DNA of 63,961 nucleotides, filler included, from Octopus bimaculoides (taxonomy: Eukaryota), in the NCBI RefSeq assembly GCF_001194135.2. It is 10 parts of 10 records of this genome, joined end to end, with 100 filler letters (N's around TTAATTAATTAA, not from the genome) between each part and the next. Parts side by side here need not be neighbours in the genome. Positions count along the whole stretch, not along the records: positions 45,614 to 50,782 come from NW_026351364.1; positions 50,883 to 59,061 come from NC_068989.1; positions 59,162 to 60,451 come from NW_026387460.1; positions 60,552 to 62,412 come from NW_026298895.1; positions 62,513 to 63,961 come from NW_026317257.1; 5 more parts are not named here. One strand, written 5' to 3'. Each line of letters starts with the position of its first letter. The stretch's first letter is position 1. The position numbers were made by a program, and so were the translations under genes. The notes below the pieces were generated by a model that worked only from the letters and a program-made list of their open reading frames with translations, had not been told where the DNA came from and made no database searches. Shown here in pieces: positions 50,556 through 63,961 of this stretch.

Positions 50556-50746
50556 TTGCGGTCTTCTCACTCATACATACTGGTACAACTATATCGCTTT
50601 ATATACGCTCACGCACATACTCACAAACACAAACATGCGAACACATACACACACTCACTCTAGAAATGCCTCTATCTATGAATGTATATACATATATATA
50701 TATATATATATATGAATGTGTATATGTCTGTCTCTCTCGCTCTCTC

Positions 50747-50782
<36 letters not shown>

Positions 50783-51309
50783 NNNNNNNNNNNNNNNNNN
50801 NNNNNNNNNNNNNNNNNNNNNNNNNNTTAATTAATTAANNNNNNNNNNNNNNNNNNNNNNNNNNNNNNNNNNNNNNNNNNNNTATATATATATATAGTAT
50901 GCTTGAAGTATAAAAGCTTATTTTAATGGTTGAAATGATCGACTCGGAGGCATAAAATCCTGAATTTAATTGCTGGAACAGGTGATGCATTTAGGCCTCA
51001 AGCGAAACATTACATTTCACGTTTCTTTGCAAGTCTACTCAGTTGTAAACGAGTACCAACCGGTGAAACTCACTCTGTCATCTTATCGGAACATTAACGT
51101 GCCACGGAATCAAGCATTAGGGTTGGGTAATAGGGTGCTTCTCTCTGATTTTATAAGCATATAAACCATTTAGCAGCAATAATAAATATATTACAAGGAA
51201 ATATTCGCTTATGAAAAACCACCCACTATTCTAACATATGGTTGTACATATGCGCATATATATATGTGCATGTATATATACATGCACACACAGAGACACA
51301 CACACACAC

Positions 51310-51344
<35 letters not shown>

Positions 51345-51354
51345 NNNNNNNNNN

Positions 51355-51625
51355 TAGTACTTATTCTATCAGTCTCTTTTGCCGAACCGTTAAGTTACGG
51401 GACGCATACACAACACCATCGGTTGTCAAGCGATGCTGGGGAGACAAGCAGTCACACAAACATATACACACACATACATATGTATATATATACATATACG
51501 ACGGTCTTCTTCCAGTTTCCGTCAACCAAATCCACTCACAAGGCTTTGGTCGGCCCGAGGATATAGCAGAAGATACTTGCATGTGTTTGGTAAGCAAGCT
51601 ACTTACCACACAGCCACTCCAGCGC
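51355..51625 (-). mobile_element. Composite SINE (A + microsatellite + E), internally deleted head
   Basis: TAGTACTTATTCTATC...GGTTGTCAAGCGATG-(CA/TA)n-CGACGGTCTTCTTCCAG...CTTACCACACAGCCACTCC. Confidence 0.75.
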
Positions 51626-52196
51626 CAGTGCAGATTATCTTGATTCTCGTGATTAACAGGAATAAAAGACTAATGCATTGCAATCAATGCAATGAATCTT
51701 TTTTGTGTTGTGTGAGCTTTAGTACGCGTTAGATGTATTTCAGAATGACGGGCTGTACACATCACAAGCATCAGAAACTATATTACATGAATAAATCCGC
51801 AATTCAAAATTTACAACATTCTCGTTATAACACTCGTATGTTGAGCTGTGGACAGTAGCACATATGTTATGATGTAATGGTAAAATATTTCATTCATTTA
51901 ATAAAACATATTTTCTGAACTTCACAGGGTTTGGATTCTCGATATAGAATTTATGATGGAAGCATCGTGCAATAATGCTTAATACAAACCGCTAAGTATC
52001 AACTGTAGGAGAGTAATAAAAAAAAGTACTTGTCTGGTGACTTGAACAGATACCTCCACTTCGATATTTCATGCACATCAACTGGTTTTGTTAGACTTCA
52101 TAGATTATCAGATGATCCAACAAATAGAAAGGCAGCAAGAGGATATAGCATGATGCACTTTTGATGACCAGGAGAACGAACGTCTCAGAGAAAGAG

Positions 52197-52265
<69 letters not shown>

Positions 52266-53217
52266 GCACATATATGGAAGGTATAATTGATGATGCAATA
52301 GATATGTGTTTAAGTTTACAAAAGTGAGCTCGTTCTATTTTCCACTAGAAATTAATTTTCGGAAAGCAATAAAATATTTAATCTTTATATTTATTTTATC
52401 ACTCACCGTAAAATTTAATTTCAGATTCGGAGAAGCTATCTCTCGAGTTCATCATCTCATTTTTAAATTGGAAATCTCTATAATAAAAATAGAGTCGTTC
52501 AAATACTTCAATAACAGAACGTTTTGCATTGATTTTTTTTTTTTATCACATCTGGATTTACATTTTCGGATAACATTAAGAAGTTTCGATTTTTCTTGTA
52601 GAATGCGTGGTTTTTTTTATGTTGCAAGTTCCTGTTCTATTTGAGATATCGTCTTCTGTTTATGTGTCTTTGACTGTTGACATGGGTTAAACAGCAATAC
52701 TATACTTCTAACATCAGATCGATAACAGTTACAATGAATATAGATTTTAGCCATTAGAAAAATTGTTTCACAATAATCAATTTATCTGGAAAAAAAGTAG
52801 CATGAATGAAGGATTAATTGTCATATAGTTATCGGAGTTTGAGGTTTTCAATATACTTTACCAGATTAATCATATCTTTCTTTAGATCAATCGCCTACTG
52901 ATTTATTTTCGGTTGGCATCGATATAGATCACGCACTCACTAACCTGATATCCATTTGTCGTGAACATTTTGGGAAACTAAATACTGAAGCGTGCGAATG
53001 AGAGAGAGAGAGAGAGAAGACGTTGAGAAGTGCATTTTCTAAAGTTCATATCTCATAACTATGACCTCTGGTCACAGGGTGCTTGTTTGTCATAACTGCA
53101 GCTGTATCATTAAATTTTACTAGTTCTCTTTTAATAATTTCTTATAAACATCATAAAGATGAGTTATTTGAAACATAAGTAGCCTATTTTACATATACAT
53201 ACATTATATATATATAT

Positions 53218-53248
<31 letters not shown>

Positions 53249-55796
53249 TTAACATAAAAAATTAAAAAGCAAAATATTTGGTATCACTAAAAAAAAATCA
53301 TTTAATTGAGATAGAGGATATAAACAGTCTCTTGGAGCCGTTTCTAGAATAGCAGGGATGTTGATCATAATGTTGAGTAAGGATTCTATAGGCTAAGTAT
53401 ACCGTCATCGAAGTGGGAGAAATCAGAAAAAATATAAGAATGAAAAAATATCCCTAATCTAAGATATTAGTACCTTCTGCTTATCAGTTCCTCATTAGAA
53501 CAGAGAGTGAGTTAGGTTTGTGTAAGAATAATATTCTAATGTGTGATGGAAAGACTGAATGTTAGTTGCATTAGAGTAGATACATGCTAATCCGTATAAT
53601 GAGAGCATGTATACAGATAGGCAGATGGACTAGGTAAGAGGAATAGCAGATGACAAATACGTCATCTTATGGCTGATCACCAGCTTTGGCCATAGTTATT
53701 AGATGATAAGAGTGGAATGGAGGGAGTTAGGGTGGTTTGAATTTATGCTTTCGTCATATCTCTTATTTTCTATTTGCCTCTTAAGTTTTATATCACCTTG
53801 TTCACCAATACCTTATCTAAGAAGCCTAAACAACTCTTAAAACTTGCATTATGTGTGTATTGTATGAAAATGTATATACGTACACGCATTTACAAACTGG
53901 TATATGTGTGAAACTACGATGCATTTCATAAAATATATAGATACATATTTTATGCATTAAGCTATACATATATACATGTACACATATACATGTTTGTACC
54001 TATATCTGTTTGAGTGTACGTGCGTGTATGAATTGCTATTACGAATGAAATAGCATAACATTTAACCAATGCTCAGAGCTTCATGTAAATACATTTATAT
54101 CCAAACTGCAATCAAGTAATAAACATAGTTTTCCACCGATTTCCTTATGGCATTTACAGAATGTATATCAGAGAGCAGTAAAAAGCCGGTGATTTAGTGT
54201 GTGATTTTATTATATCATCATAAATGACGTAATATTTACACGTGGTCAACTGGCGTATACTACTATGCTATGCGGTAATCGTTACGTAGACAATTGCATA
54301 ATAACACTGAAACACAACATTATCAGAAGAAAATGCCGTTTTACCCAATTGTTATTTAGGAACTTCAGTTGACTGACAATGTTAGATACGAACTGTCTAA
54401 ATTACCATTCTCCTCTGAACATCTAGTGTTTCGATGAAATTCAGGAATCGTTTACGCAACGATTACAGCACAACATACTAGTATTGGCAAGAGAATCACG
54501 TGAAAAGTAACGTAAATCTTGATGTTAATAAGAATAATAAAAGGACAAACTAAATCTATTTTGCTATACTCTCGGATACATCTGTGCGTGTGTGCGTGTG
54601 TGTTTATGAGTTCCGTGTGTGCGTGCGTGTGTGTACATATATATATTGTATATACATATAAACAGATATACAGGTCTTTCTTTACACGTAGATCGAGAGA
54701 CACCGAGAGATTGATTAAAACAAATTAAGACCCAAATACGTGTTGATAAAATCAATAAATATAACGTTTTTCAGTTTATGGATGCAATAAAGATATGACG
54801 TGATTAAAGTAAAGTAAGAAAGAGATAAAATATTCATAAATATGAATAAGTATGGTTAAACGTGTACGTTCATTGTGAATTTAAACGTATCTAATATCAA
54901 TACAATAGTCAAGCAGTTATGAAAGAAGCGTGAAATTAAATTGTTGGAATTTGAATTGCAAAATTGTGTATGAGAAAATAATGGTGCGTAGCGGACAGAT
55001 CGTCCTGCATGAAACTTCGAGGAGGAGATGGACAGTAAATATAATGAAGTTGAATCAGCTGCTGAGTTTTTTTTTTTTCTTTTATTATTTTTTGTTGAAA
55101 CTTACTCAATATATTACAATTTGATTAATTGATTTCAGTAAAGATGAATCATAAGAAAAAACAACTGAAATAAGAAATAACATCGCTCTAAAAAATATAA
55201 TATAGTTCAGTTTTATTTTGTAAATATTAGTTTCTAATTTAAGCAAGGCTAACAATTTTAGAATTGGGTTTTAGTTAATACATTCAATACTGGTACTATA
55301 TTTTATCAACACCGAAACAGATGAAAGGCAAATATGATCTGGAAAAGATCTGAACTCAGAATATATATATACACAAAAAAATGGCGGAAATAGAGGAAGG
55401 CGATTCTCGAAACTGCAACGATTCAATTAGCTTAGGTCTTTATATAAAATGATAAAGGTTGAGAGTCATATTCGAGGGGAGAAATAAAAATATTTTGAAT
55501 AAAAAAAATTGTTTTCCCCTTTAGATGACTTATAGATACAAGGACATGAAAGAAAATTTGAAGTAAAAATGTTGAATAAGGAAACAGAAAGAGTGTAGGA
55601 ACATGTCAATGTATAGGAATTAAAACTTAAATTAAATTTTTGATATATATCAAACTATTTGTTTAGAACTGTACGTATTTGCTAGATTAAACTATTCATA
55701 GCACATAGATATAGCAACTGGCGTCATAAAATTCTTTAACGTAAAAGAAAGCGTTGTGACAAAAGGAAAAATGTTGACTTAGTATATTTCGTCATG

Positions 55797-55835
<39 letters not shown>

Positions 55836-55906
55836 TCTTTCTTTCTTTCTTTCTCTCTTTCTCTCACTCCCCCTCTCTCTCTTTCTCTCGTGTGTGTGTG
55901 TGTGAG

Positions 55907-55937
<31 letters not shown>

Positions 55938-56477
55938 AGTGAGAGAGAGAAAAACAGGGCCCACGAACTCGTCAGGCCGAATGAGAGTAGAAGATTCTTT
56001 CTACTCCTTGTACAAGACCCAGTCTGCTCAAGGTTCAAATCCAACTGCCGCTGGTAACTTATTGATAACTGAAACGCTGGAACTACGTGAAATAAAGTAT
56101 TCCACTCAAAGAACTGCACAACACAAGCATGCGATCCACTGTATAACGTTCGTGAGCTCAATACTCTAAATACTAGGTCACAGTCATTCTCGATTGCAAC
56201 GACAGATATGCAAATATATGTACATAGTTAAGGTATAATAGGCGCCATAATGTATTAAATAAGTGTAAAACACTCCAGAGTGTTTTAGAAACTGATATCA
56301 GGTAACAGACGTATGAAGGGATGTTGGTTAAAGTCAGTTATGTCTTGGCATATATAATTAATTATCAAGGGTTTTAAATATTGTGGTGTAAAGGTATATA
56401 TATGTGTGTGTGTGTGTGCATGTATGTATGTATATATATACATGTATGTATGTGCATGTATGTATGTATATATATAC

Positions 56478-57250
56478 AAATATAGCAGCATACCAAAAAC
56501 GTGAGCGGGCAAGACATTTAAAATCACCTAAAAAAGCATTATTAAACAGGAACTAGTTTCGGATTTAACAAATTCTTACCATTTGTCTATTCCTCATCGG
56601 CCTGATTTGTAATTTAACCGCAATCATCAGAATCGTATACAGAGTTGCCCACCGCCATGGGTGCGCGTGCATATAGTTCTGCTAATTACAGCTTAAGGGT
56701 AAAAATTCAAAAGTCTTCGTTTTGGCGCGCTAATTCCAGGAATATATCCACAGAAAATATTTACTACGTCTTATATATTCAGTATGACAACATGGGCAAT
56801 GGGTAAAATATTATTATAAAATCTGGTAATTAGTCATATATTAATTAATATCGATTAATTATCAGGAGGCCAGCACATCTAAAGAATCAAAGAGATTCAG
56901 AATTATTATCTGCAATCTCAGGGGATTAAGGTACATTTTAAAAACATAACGATGACCACTAACGTGAACAATTAGTGCGCTAGAAATAGATCACATCTTG
57001 TGTCTATTAAGACCTAAATTGTTCTCAACATGAAATATAGCAGCATACCAAAAACATGAGCGGGCAAGACGTTTAAAATCACCTAAAAAAGCATTATTAA
57101 ACAGGAACTAGTTTCGGATTTAACAAATTCTTACCATTTGTCTATTCCTCATCAGCCTGATTTGTAATTTAACCGCAATCATCAGAATCGTATACAGAGT
57201 TGCCCACCGCCATGGGTGCCCGTGAATATGGTTCTGCTAATTACAGCTTA
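56478..57250. repeat. Two 218-bp direct repeats (~97% identical) flanking a 337-bp spacer
   Basis: 56478-56695 vs 57033-57250 differ at about 6 positions. Part of the spacer resembles 30590-30780. (TA)n lies on both outer flanks. Confidence 0.88.
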
Positions 57251-57263
57251 TATATATATTTAG

Positions 57264-57616
57264 TATATGATTTAACTTATTAAAAACAGTTCAACATATT
57301 CTATCATATTTGTGTAAGTGGGGGAGATTAGATGTTAAAATGGTTTAAAGTCTAGACATAACTCCAAGAACAAATACTTTACAACATGATTACCAAGAGA
57401 AATCTACGTACATTTAACGTCTTTTCTAATTATTATGTATGCTACCGACAAGTACAATTTGACAATTCCGATTTTCTATTATGAATATCTGATTTTGTAT
57501 GAAATAAATTATATAATAACATGTGTAATAAAAACTTTAATCCGTTTTAACATCTCATACACTAACATAAATATGAATGAATTTGTTGAACTGTGTTTAA
57601 TAAGTTAAATCATATA
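57264..57616. mobile_element. MITE/foldback with ~100-bp imperfect TIRs
   Basis: TATATGATTTAACTTATTAAAAACAGTTCAACATATTC vs the reverse complement of GAATTTGTTGAACTGTGTTTAATAAGTTAAATCATATA (36/38). Pairing extends through AGATGTTAAAA/TTTTAACATCT. Confidence 0.82.
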
Positions 57617-57859
57617 CAAAGTATTTCAACTTAAGTTTTCATATCTACACTAATTTATGCTAGAAAATTCAAAAGTAAAGTATGAAGAAACAATGTTAGA
57701 AATCTTCGGAAATTACTCCGATTAAAGGACGAACTGGCATTCAAACTTTAAAATATATATATATGTATAAATATATATGGATAGAAATGGTGAAACAACA
57801 AAAGAATGAAAGAGACCTCCATATTATGTAAACAAAGGAATTTATCTGTAAATATAATA

Positions 57860-58007
57860 TGACAATTATTCGGTAGCCATGATAAAACTCCGAGTTTCGG
57901 ATGTCGGGGCGGTAACCCACGCCGCCATCTCTTCAGGTATCGATCCGTCGAAAAAGATGCTAATCATCCAAAACTCGAGATTTGTCATGGCTATCGAATA
58001 ATTGTCA
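57860..58007. mobile_element. Small MITE (148 bp, ~44-bp TIRs)
   Basis: TGACAATTATTCGGTAGCCATGATAAAACTCCGAGTTTCGGATG pairs with CATCCAAAACTCGAGATTTGTCATGGCTATCGAATAATTGTCA. Confidence 0.8.
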
Positions 58008-58434
58008 CATATTATATTTATATATATNNNNNNNNNNNNNNNNNNNNNNNNNNNNNNNNNNNNNNNNNNNNNNNNNNNNNNNNNNNNNNNNNNNNNNNNN
58101 NNNNNNNNNNNNNNNNNNNNNNNNNNNNNNNNNNNNNNNNNNNNNNNNNNNNNNNNNNNNNNNNNNNNNNNNNNNNNNNNNNNNNNNNNNNNNNNNNNNN
58201 NNNNNNNNNNNNNNNNNNNNNNNNNNNNNNNNNNNNNNNNNNNNNNNNNNNNNNNNNNNNNNNNNNNNNNNNNNNNNNNNNNNNNNNNNNNNNNNNNNNN
58301 NNNNNNNNNNNNNNNNNNATATATAATATATAAAGTTATACATATGTACACACACATATATATGCATGTATGTATATGCATATATATGTGTATATGGTAT
58401 ATATATATATATATATCTGTGCATATATATATAT

Positions 58435-59060
58435 ATATGGCAGAATTTACGAAAAAAACAACAGACGAAGACAGGTGGTGTAAACAACAAATGGATGTAT
58501 TAGTTTAACGCTCGGGAATAGAGAAAGTCTTTGAGGTTTCGATCTACGCTCTTCAACTGAAAGGAACACGGAAAGAAATAAAGAGAGAAACAAGGAGAAA
58601 AAAATATATATGTGGTGGTCAGCGATCTATCATGGCGAATGCCTGACAGAAGGTTGACACAGGAGAGCTAAGAAAAAGTGGAGATAACAAAGGGGTAAGA
58701 GGGGTAAACCGCAGACGAGAAGCTGTGCGTGTGTGAGAGAATGCTGGTGATCTTAACGTATGTAAGTGTGTATGTAGGTGTGAAAAAGTGGGTAAGGGAG
58801 TTGCTCAGTGCTAGTGTGTGCGTGGTGGTTTGTTGTGAAGTGATGTGTTGTGTGATATGGTGCAGCGTGGTGTGATGAGAGGGTGTTGGGAGTTGGGAGT
58901 TGGGGAAGGCGAAGTCGAAGGCGGGAGAGACGAGAGTGGGGAAAGCATGGGTGGAGTGTGGGTTAGGCTGAGGGTGGGGGTAGAGGTAGGGGTATGTGGG
59001 TAGGCAGAGGTTGGGGTAGGTGTAAGGGATGGGAGGGGTGGGATGGGAAAGTAGAGTAGG
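58435..59060 (-). mobile_element. Repeat family with hammerhead-like end (probable Penelope pLTR), copy 3
   Basis: Homologous to 35585-36170 throughout; degenerate motif at 58529-58563. Confidence 0.55.
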
Positions 59061-59161
59061 ANNNNNNNNNNNNNNNNNNNNNNNNNNNNNNNNNNNNNNN
59101 NNNNNTTAATTAATTAANNNNNNNNNNNNNNNNNNNNNNNNNNNNNNNNNNNNNNNNNNNN

Positions 59162-60087
59162 TTTCAAGCAATCACCGGCTGTCGTGCCTGGACGCTGTAA
59201 GCTATGTGCCATTGGCTCACATACCCCAAATATATCCCCAGCAATTTTAATGCCGAACAAAATGGAAGCTTTGCCAGATTGTTTTAGTAGCCCTTTAACA
59301 GTAGCCTTTGTTGTTGCTCTTAACGACGAGTCATTAAGAAGGTCAAGCAAAAAATTTTGAATATTCTTATAATTGTTTTCTGCTTGTTTCAGTGCTGTTA
59401 CTCTAATGCACCACTGAGGTGGACACACTGCTTGCAACATGATGACATTCTCACCATAAAGATTTGTCCATTGTGCTTTTCTTTTTGGTGACACTTTTAC
59501 AAGAATGGCGCATTGATGAACAAAGTTCAGTGCATCAGCTACAAAGATAACCTTAGAAGTAACTTCTTGGAGGACAAGGTCTAGAGAGTGGTTTCCACAG
59601 TGTACAAAATATGTACCTGGGAACAAATTTTTCAATCGCATTTGTACACCTGAAATGTTTCCACTCATGGTACTTGCACCATCAAATGAAAAACAGCATA
59701 ACTTTGAGCCAAGTGAAATGTTTAGGTGACAAAAAACATCTAGAATAATCTTAGTCAGTGTCTTCGGAGAGCAGTCAGGGGGATTATAAAAACCTAGAAA
59801 ATCCTCATTGACATTCAAGTCTTCAGAAACGTACCAGACAGTGATTGATACTTGTTCCATGCCAGAGCAATTAGTGGTACCATCACATATAATGCCAATA
59901 AATCTGGAATTTTCTACTTTTAATTTGATCTCATGTAAAATGTTATGAGCATATGCCTCTAAAATTTCATTTTGAATTGTATCAGAGAGGAAATTGTTCC
60001 GACGCTTAAACCACTGGCTTACTTCTGCACTGCATTCTTCAGCAAGTTCCCTTACAAGATTTACGAAGTTTCCCATATTTTGAATTT
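59162..60087 (-). CDS. hAT-family transposase / ZMYM1-like (DUF4371-type) coding segment, stop-free up to the gap
   Basis: NMGNFVNLV, FLSDTIQNEIL, FIGIICDGTT (first catalytic D), EQVSI..WYV, EDFLGF, FDGASTMSG (second D), VHCGNHSLDL (CxxH) and AVCPPQW (cf. LC.TRW). About 308 codons without a stop; TGTTGTTTTCAACAG| acceptor at 60088-60090. Confidence 0.85.
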
Positions 60088-60551
60088 CTGTTGAAAACAA
60101 CATGGCAGATGATTAAAAAGGGAAGACACAAGAAAGAAAAAATAAATAAAGAACCACGTATAAGGCCACTGAATTGTAACGAAAGAACTCTGGTCGAACA
60201 AAAACCAGAAAAACAAATAGTGAACATCAAATAAATAGTGCTTGTGTTTTTATTGGCAAAACCAGCAACATGACCTCCCATCCAATATGCTTCAAAATAC
60301 GATAGGCCATACTAGAGCACCGTCTTTTATTTGAAGAAATCAACGCCAGGAATTATTCTTTGGAAGCCTCATATTAATTCTATCACCTCTTTTTTCGAAC
60401 TGCCAAGTTACAGGGGCATAATCGTATCAACATTAGTTATCAGGCGATGGTNNNNNNNNNNNNNNNNNNNNNNNNNNNNNNNNNNNNNNNNNNNNTTAAT
60501 TAATTAANNNNNNNNNNNNNNNNNNNNNNNNNNNNNNNNNNNNNNNNNNNN

Positions 60552-60589
<38 letters not shown>

Positions 60590-61142
60590 TGTCTGTCTGT
60601 AGCTCGAGTAATGGAACCAACTGTCAGCTTCAGTTTCAATAGAAGCTATATAGTTTACAATAGAGATAGATAAAAATACCACAAAAAATGCTATTATGAT
60701 TTTCAGGAAATAAATAAACAACCAATGATTGACACAAAGTCTATCAACAAAAACACATGGCTGAAAAAGACATGTGCATTGAGGAAATGGAGAATGCGGT
60801 GTGGTGGTGTACAGTTAAGTGGACGTCACGGCGCTATTTATATTCCAAGCGAGGAAACAACTAAGGTAGAAGATGAGGAGGTGTTCTGTGTGATACCGAG
60901 AAGTAGAGGATCAGGCTTGTGAAATAACACCACATGCTGATGCCTGAGAAATATTATGAACAAATGATGTGGCGCTGCTATGTTGAATGTTAGGGAGATG
61001 ATCGGTGATTTGATAAGTCAAATTACGGGTAGTTTCTTCAATATATTAAACAGCAAAGCGACAAAAGAAATGACACTCAAGAGAGTAAATGGCATACATA
61101 CAATAATACACATACAAATATGTATGAACGTAAGTATGTGTG

Positions 61143-61194
<52 letters not shown>

Positions 61195-61883
61195 NNNNNN
61201 NNNNNNNNNNNNNNNNNNNNNNNNNNNNNNNNNNNNNNNNNNNNNNNNNNNNNNNNNNNNNNNNNNNNNNNNNNNNNNNNNNNNNNNNNNNNNNNNNNNN
61301 NNNNNNNNNNNNNNNNNNNNNNNNNNNNNNNNNNNNNNNNNNNNNNNNNNNNNNNNNNNNNNNNNNNNNNNNNNNNNNNNNNNNNNNNNNNNNNNNNNNN
61401 NNNNNNNNNNNNNNNNNNNNNNNNNNNNNNNNNNNNNNNNNNNNNNNNNNNNNNNNNNNNNNNNNNNNNNNNNNNNNNNNNNNNNNNNNNNNNNNNNNNN
61501 NNNNNNNNNNNNNNNNNNNNNNNNNNNNNNNNNNNNNNNNNNNNNNNNNNNNNNNNNNNNNNNNNNNNNNNNNNNNNNNNNNNNNNNNNNNNNNNNNNNN
61601 NNNNNNNNNNNNNNNNNNNNNNNNNNNNNNNNNNNNNNNNNNNNNNNNNNNNNNNNNNNNNNNNNNNNNNNNNNNNNNNNNNNNNNNNNNNNNNNNNNNN
61701 NNNNNNNNNNNNNNNNNNNNNNNNNNNNNNNNNNNNNNNNNNNNNNNNNNNNNNNNNNNNNNNNNNNNNNNNNNNNNNNNNNNNNNNNNNNNNNNNNNNN
61801 NNNNNNNNNNNNNNNNNNNNNNNNNNNNNNNNNNNNNNNNNNNNNNNNNNNNNNNNNNNNNNNNNNNNNNNNNNNNNNNNNNN

Positions 61884-61921
<38 letters not shown>

Positions 61922-63554
61922 CCGAGAAAGAGGGAGAGAGAAAGATTGAATTAATAGGGATAAATGCCACAGTGACATGTATGTACCAAATACACTAAAC
62001 CACAGCAAGAGAGGAAGACAGAAGTGTATAAAGGCGCCTGACTGAGGTAGACATAGACAAATACTGGCTGACGTAGACACATACACAAAACACACATGCG
62101 CACATATGTGTATAAAGATATTTCAATAAATTCTAATTATTTCTTAAACATGTGTTGAGTGCTATTGCAGGTCCATGTGGTCTGCAGATTGAATGGAATT
62201 GGTCTTCCAATATTTCAAGAGCTTACCGGAAGTACCTAAGTACCTAGCTAATGAAATGAAGTCTGTGTGACCAATGCTACTGTAGATATATAAAAATATG
62301 TGCAGCTATATATTCTTATTACTTACGTGTGCGCCTTGTATATATTTGCATGTGTCTCCTTATGTATTTATGTATGTATGTATGAATGAATCTATCCAAC
62401 ATATATATATATNNNNNNNNNNNNNNNNNNNNNNNNNNNNNNNNNNNNNNNNNNNNTTAATTAATTAANNNNNNNNNNNNNNNNNNNNNNNNNNNNNNNN
62501 NNNNNNNNNNNNATATACAAAAATCTACACAAACACATATAGTTTCATACAAAAACATGAATATACACACACACACACAGATACATATGTACATACGAAC
62601 ACTTATACACATACATTCGCACACACATATTTATGTATGTGTTGTTACATGTATTTACATAGATACGCATACGCAATAGTATATACTCCTTAGTACGTAT
62701 ATACATACGCTAGATGTGTGGTAATTAATAATAAAAAAGCAGAGGGATATTTATCGGAAGGTGATTCTTATATTAATGAATGAGATATTAAATGATTGAT
62801 AATTAATTAATAAATAATAAAGTTAATGGGTGGTCTATTAATCTACACGAATGGATTATTTTATTAATATAGATGTAAAAAAAAGTTGGGCTGAAGTAGG
62901 GGTTGAATGAGTAAAGATTGCTTAAGAAGACAAAGTTAATATTATAAACAAGGTTTACTACAGTAATTCCGTACCATATCTATTGTAAAAGTTTTTTCGA
63001 GGTTTGAAAAAAAATATTATGTTGATCAGTAATTTATGCGTCATATAATAGAATATTTAAATGTTTGGGATATATCTTGCTATGAGAATAAACAATTAAA
63101 CTAAGATCGTTTTAGAATTAAAGATGTTTCTAGGAACGTAAAGATGATAAATTATAATCGTAGATTTAGAATACTCTCATTAAGAAAGCAAAAAACATAA
63201 AAAACTCTTATTATTGCTGAATAAATTGGAAGTTGTAAATGAATGATATTGAAGTACAATGAAGTATGAAAAGGAATAAGTAAGGTTAATAGGGCATTGC
63301 ATATTAGACAATTGTAGGAGGTAATGTTTATGATGAATTAAACTGAAAATAATGCTCTAGTGTATGTTTAAAGATTTTGTTGGTGTTCTAATTTAGGTTT
63401 ACAAATAAAGAATGTTTAGATAACATATGTCAATCGTAATCAATCTATGATATCTTTTAACATATAAGGGTATAAATGTCATGTGTTTCTAGAATTATTT
63501 GAGGAACTAATGTATTACAAGTTAATTTGTTAGCGTTTTGTAAATAAGTGTTTA

Positions 63555-63961
63555 TTATTTAAACGCTGTGAACACGTGTTGCTGCCAATGTTTACATCTG
63601 TAAGAGTTTTCGATGAACGTGTTCACCAGTTTATTCTTTGAAAATAAGATTAAAAATAGTTCAGTATTACATAATGGACAGAATCTCCTGCCCTTTTCAT
63701 ATGTCCTAGAAATAGAAAGAATAAGCCAGTCTAGTTTAAATTTTATGTTATTGTTAAGTTCCCAAATTAATTTACTAAGGCTCGTGGTATTTCGTTTTGT
63801 TTCTATCTCTAAAGGAAGAATAATGATTAGAAATTCTGGAGGATATTGGCGAAGAGGATGATCCAATATAAAAGGACACATTTGTAGGAGTACTGAACTA
63901 GCATTGATATTTAGTGTTTTTGAGTTTGGCATTATCACTTAAGAAACTAATTCTTTTGCTA
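63555..63961 (-). pseudogene. Penelope-like GIY-YIG endonuclease C-terminal region
   Basis: TSLSKLIWEL...IKFKLDWLIL....Y...RRFCPLCNTELFLI.....LVN...E..YRCKH matches the PLE C-terminal T.LSK.IW.L / C.LC / CRH pattern. Confidence 0.75.

Noticed and set aside
52098-52201. Protein-like exon candidate (DYQMIQQIERQQEDIA*...)
   Set aside because: Stops in the plausible frames and no partner exons.
56025-56045. Perfect B-box-like GGTTCAAATCC
   Set aside because: No convincing A box or cloverleaf upstream.
1-63961. Most ORFs in the supplied track (poly-X, CVCV, IYIY, LSIY, poly-K/L/I/S)
   Set aside because: They are translations of N gaps and microsatellites.

Overview
Eukaryotic, AT-rich, microsatellite-dense scaffold sequence with many N gaps. 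The SINE families and repeat landscape resemble an octopod cephalopod (Octopus-like) genome; this is my inference, not a database result. I recognise no host protein-coding gene. Most ORFs in the supplied track are microsatellite or N-gap artefacts. Supported content: (i) several tRNA-type SINE families, two copies with clear target-site duplications (12 and 39 bp); (ii) non-LTR retrotransposon relics: RTE RT and 3' ends, Tx1/L1-like EN/linker/RT pieces, an R4/Dong-like CCHC+RLE 3' end with a (TAA)n tail, and Penelope-like RT and GIY-YIG fragments; (iii) DNA transposon relics: a decayed mariner, TTAA-flanked piggyBac-like MITEs, other hairpin MITEs, and a stop-free hAT/ZMYM1-like transposase segment preceded by a strong splice acceptor. 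The most interesting signals are two families of minimal hammerhead-ribozyme-like motifs sharing an extra core A, a possible two-exon signal-peptide gene interrupted by an in-frame TAA, a ~24-bp-period TGACCT array, and a GAA-filled foldback element. No CRISPR array, rRNA or intact tRNA gene is supported.
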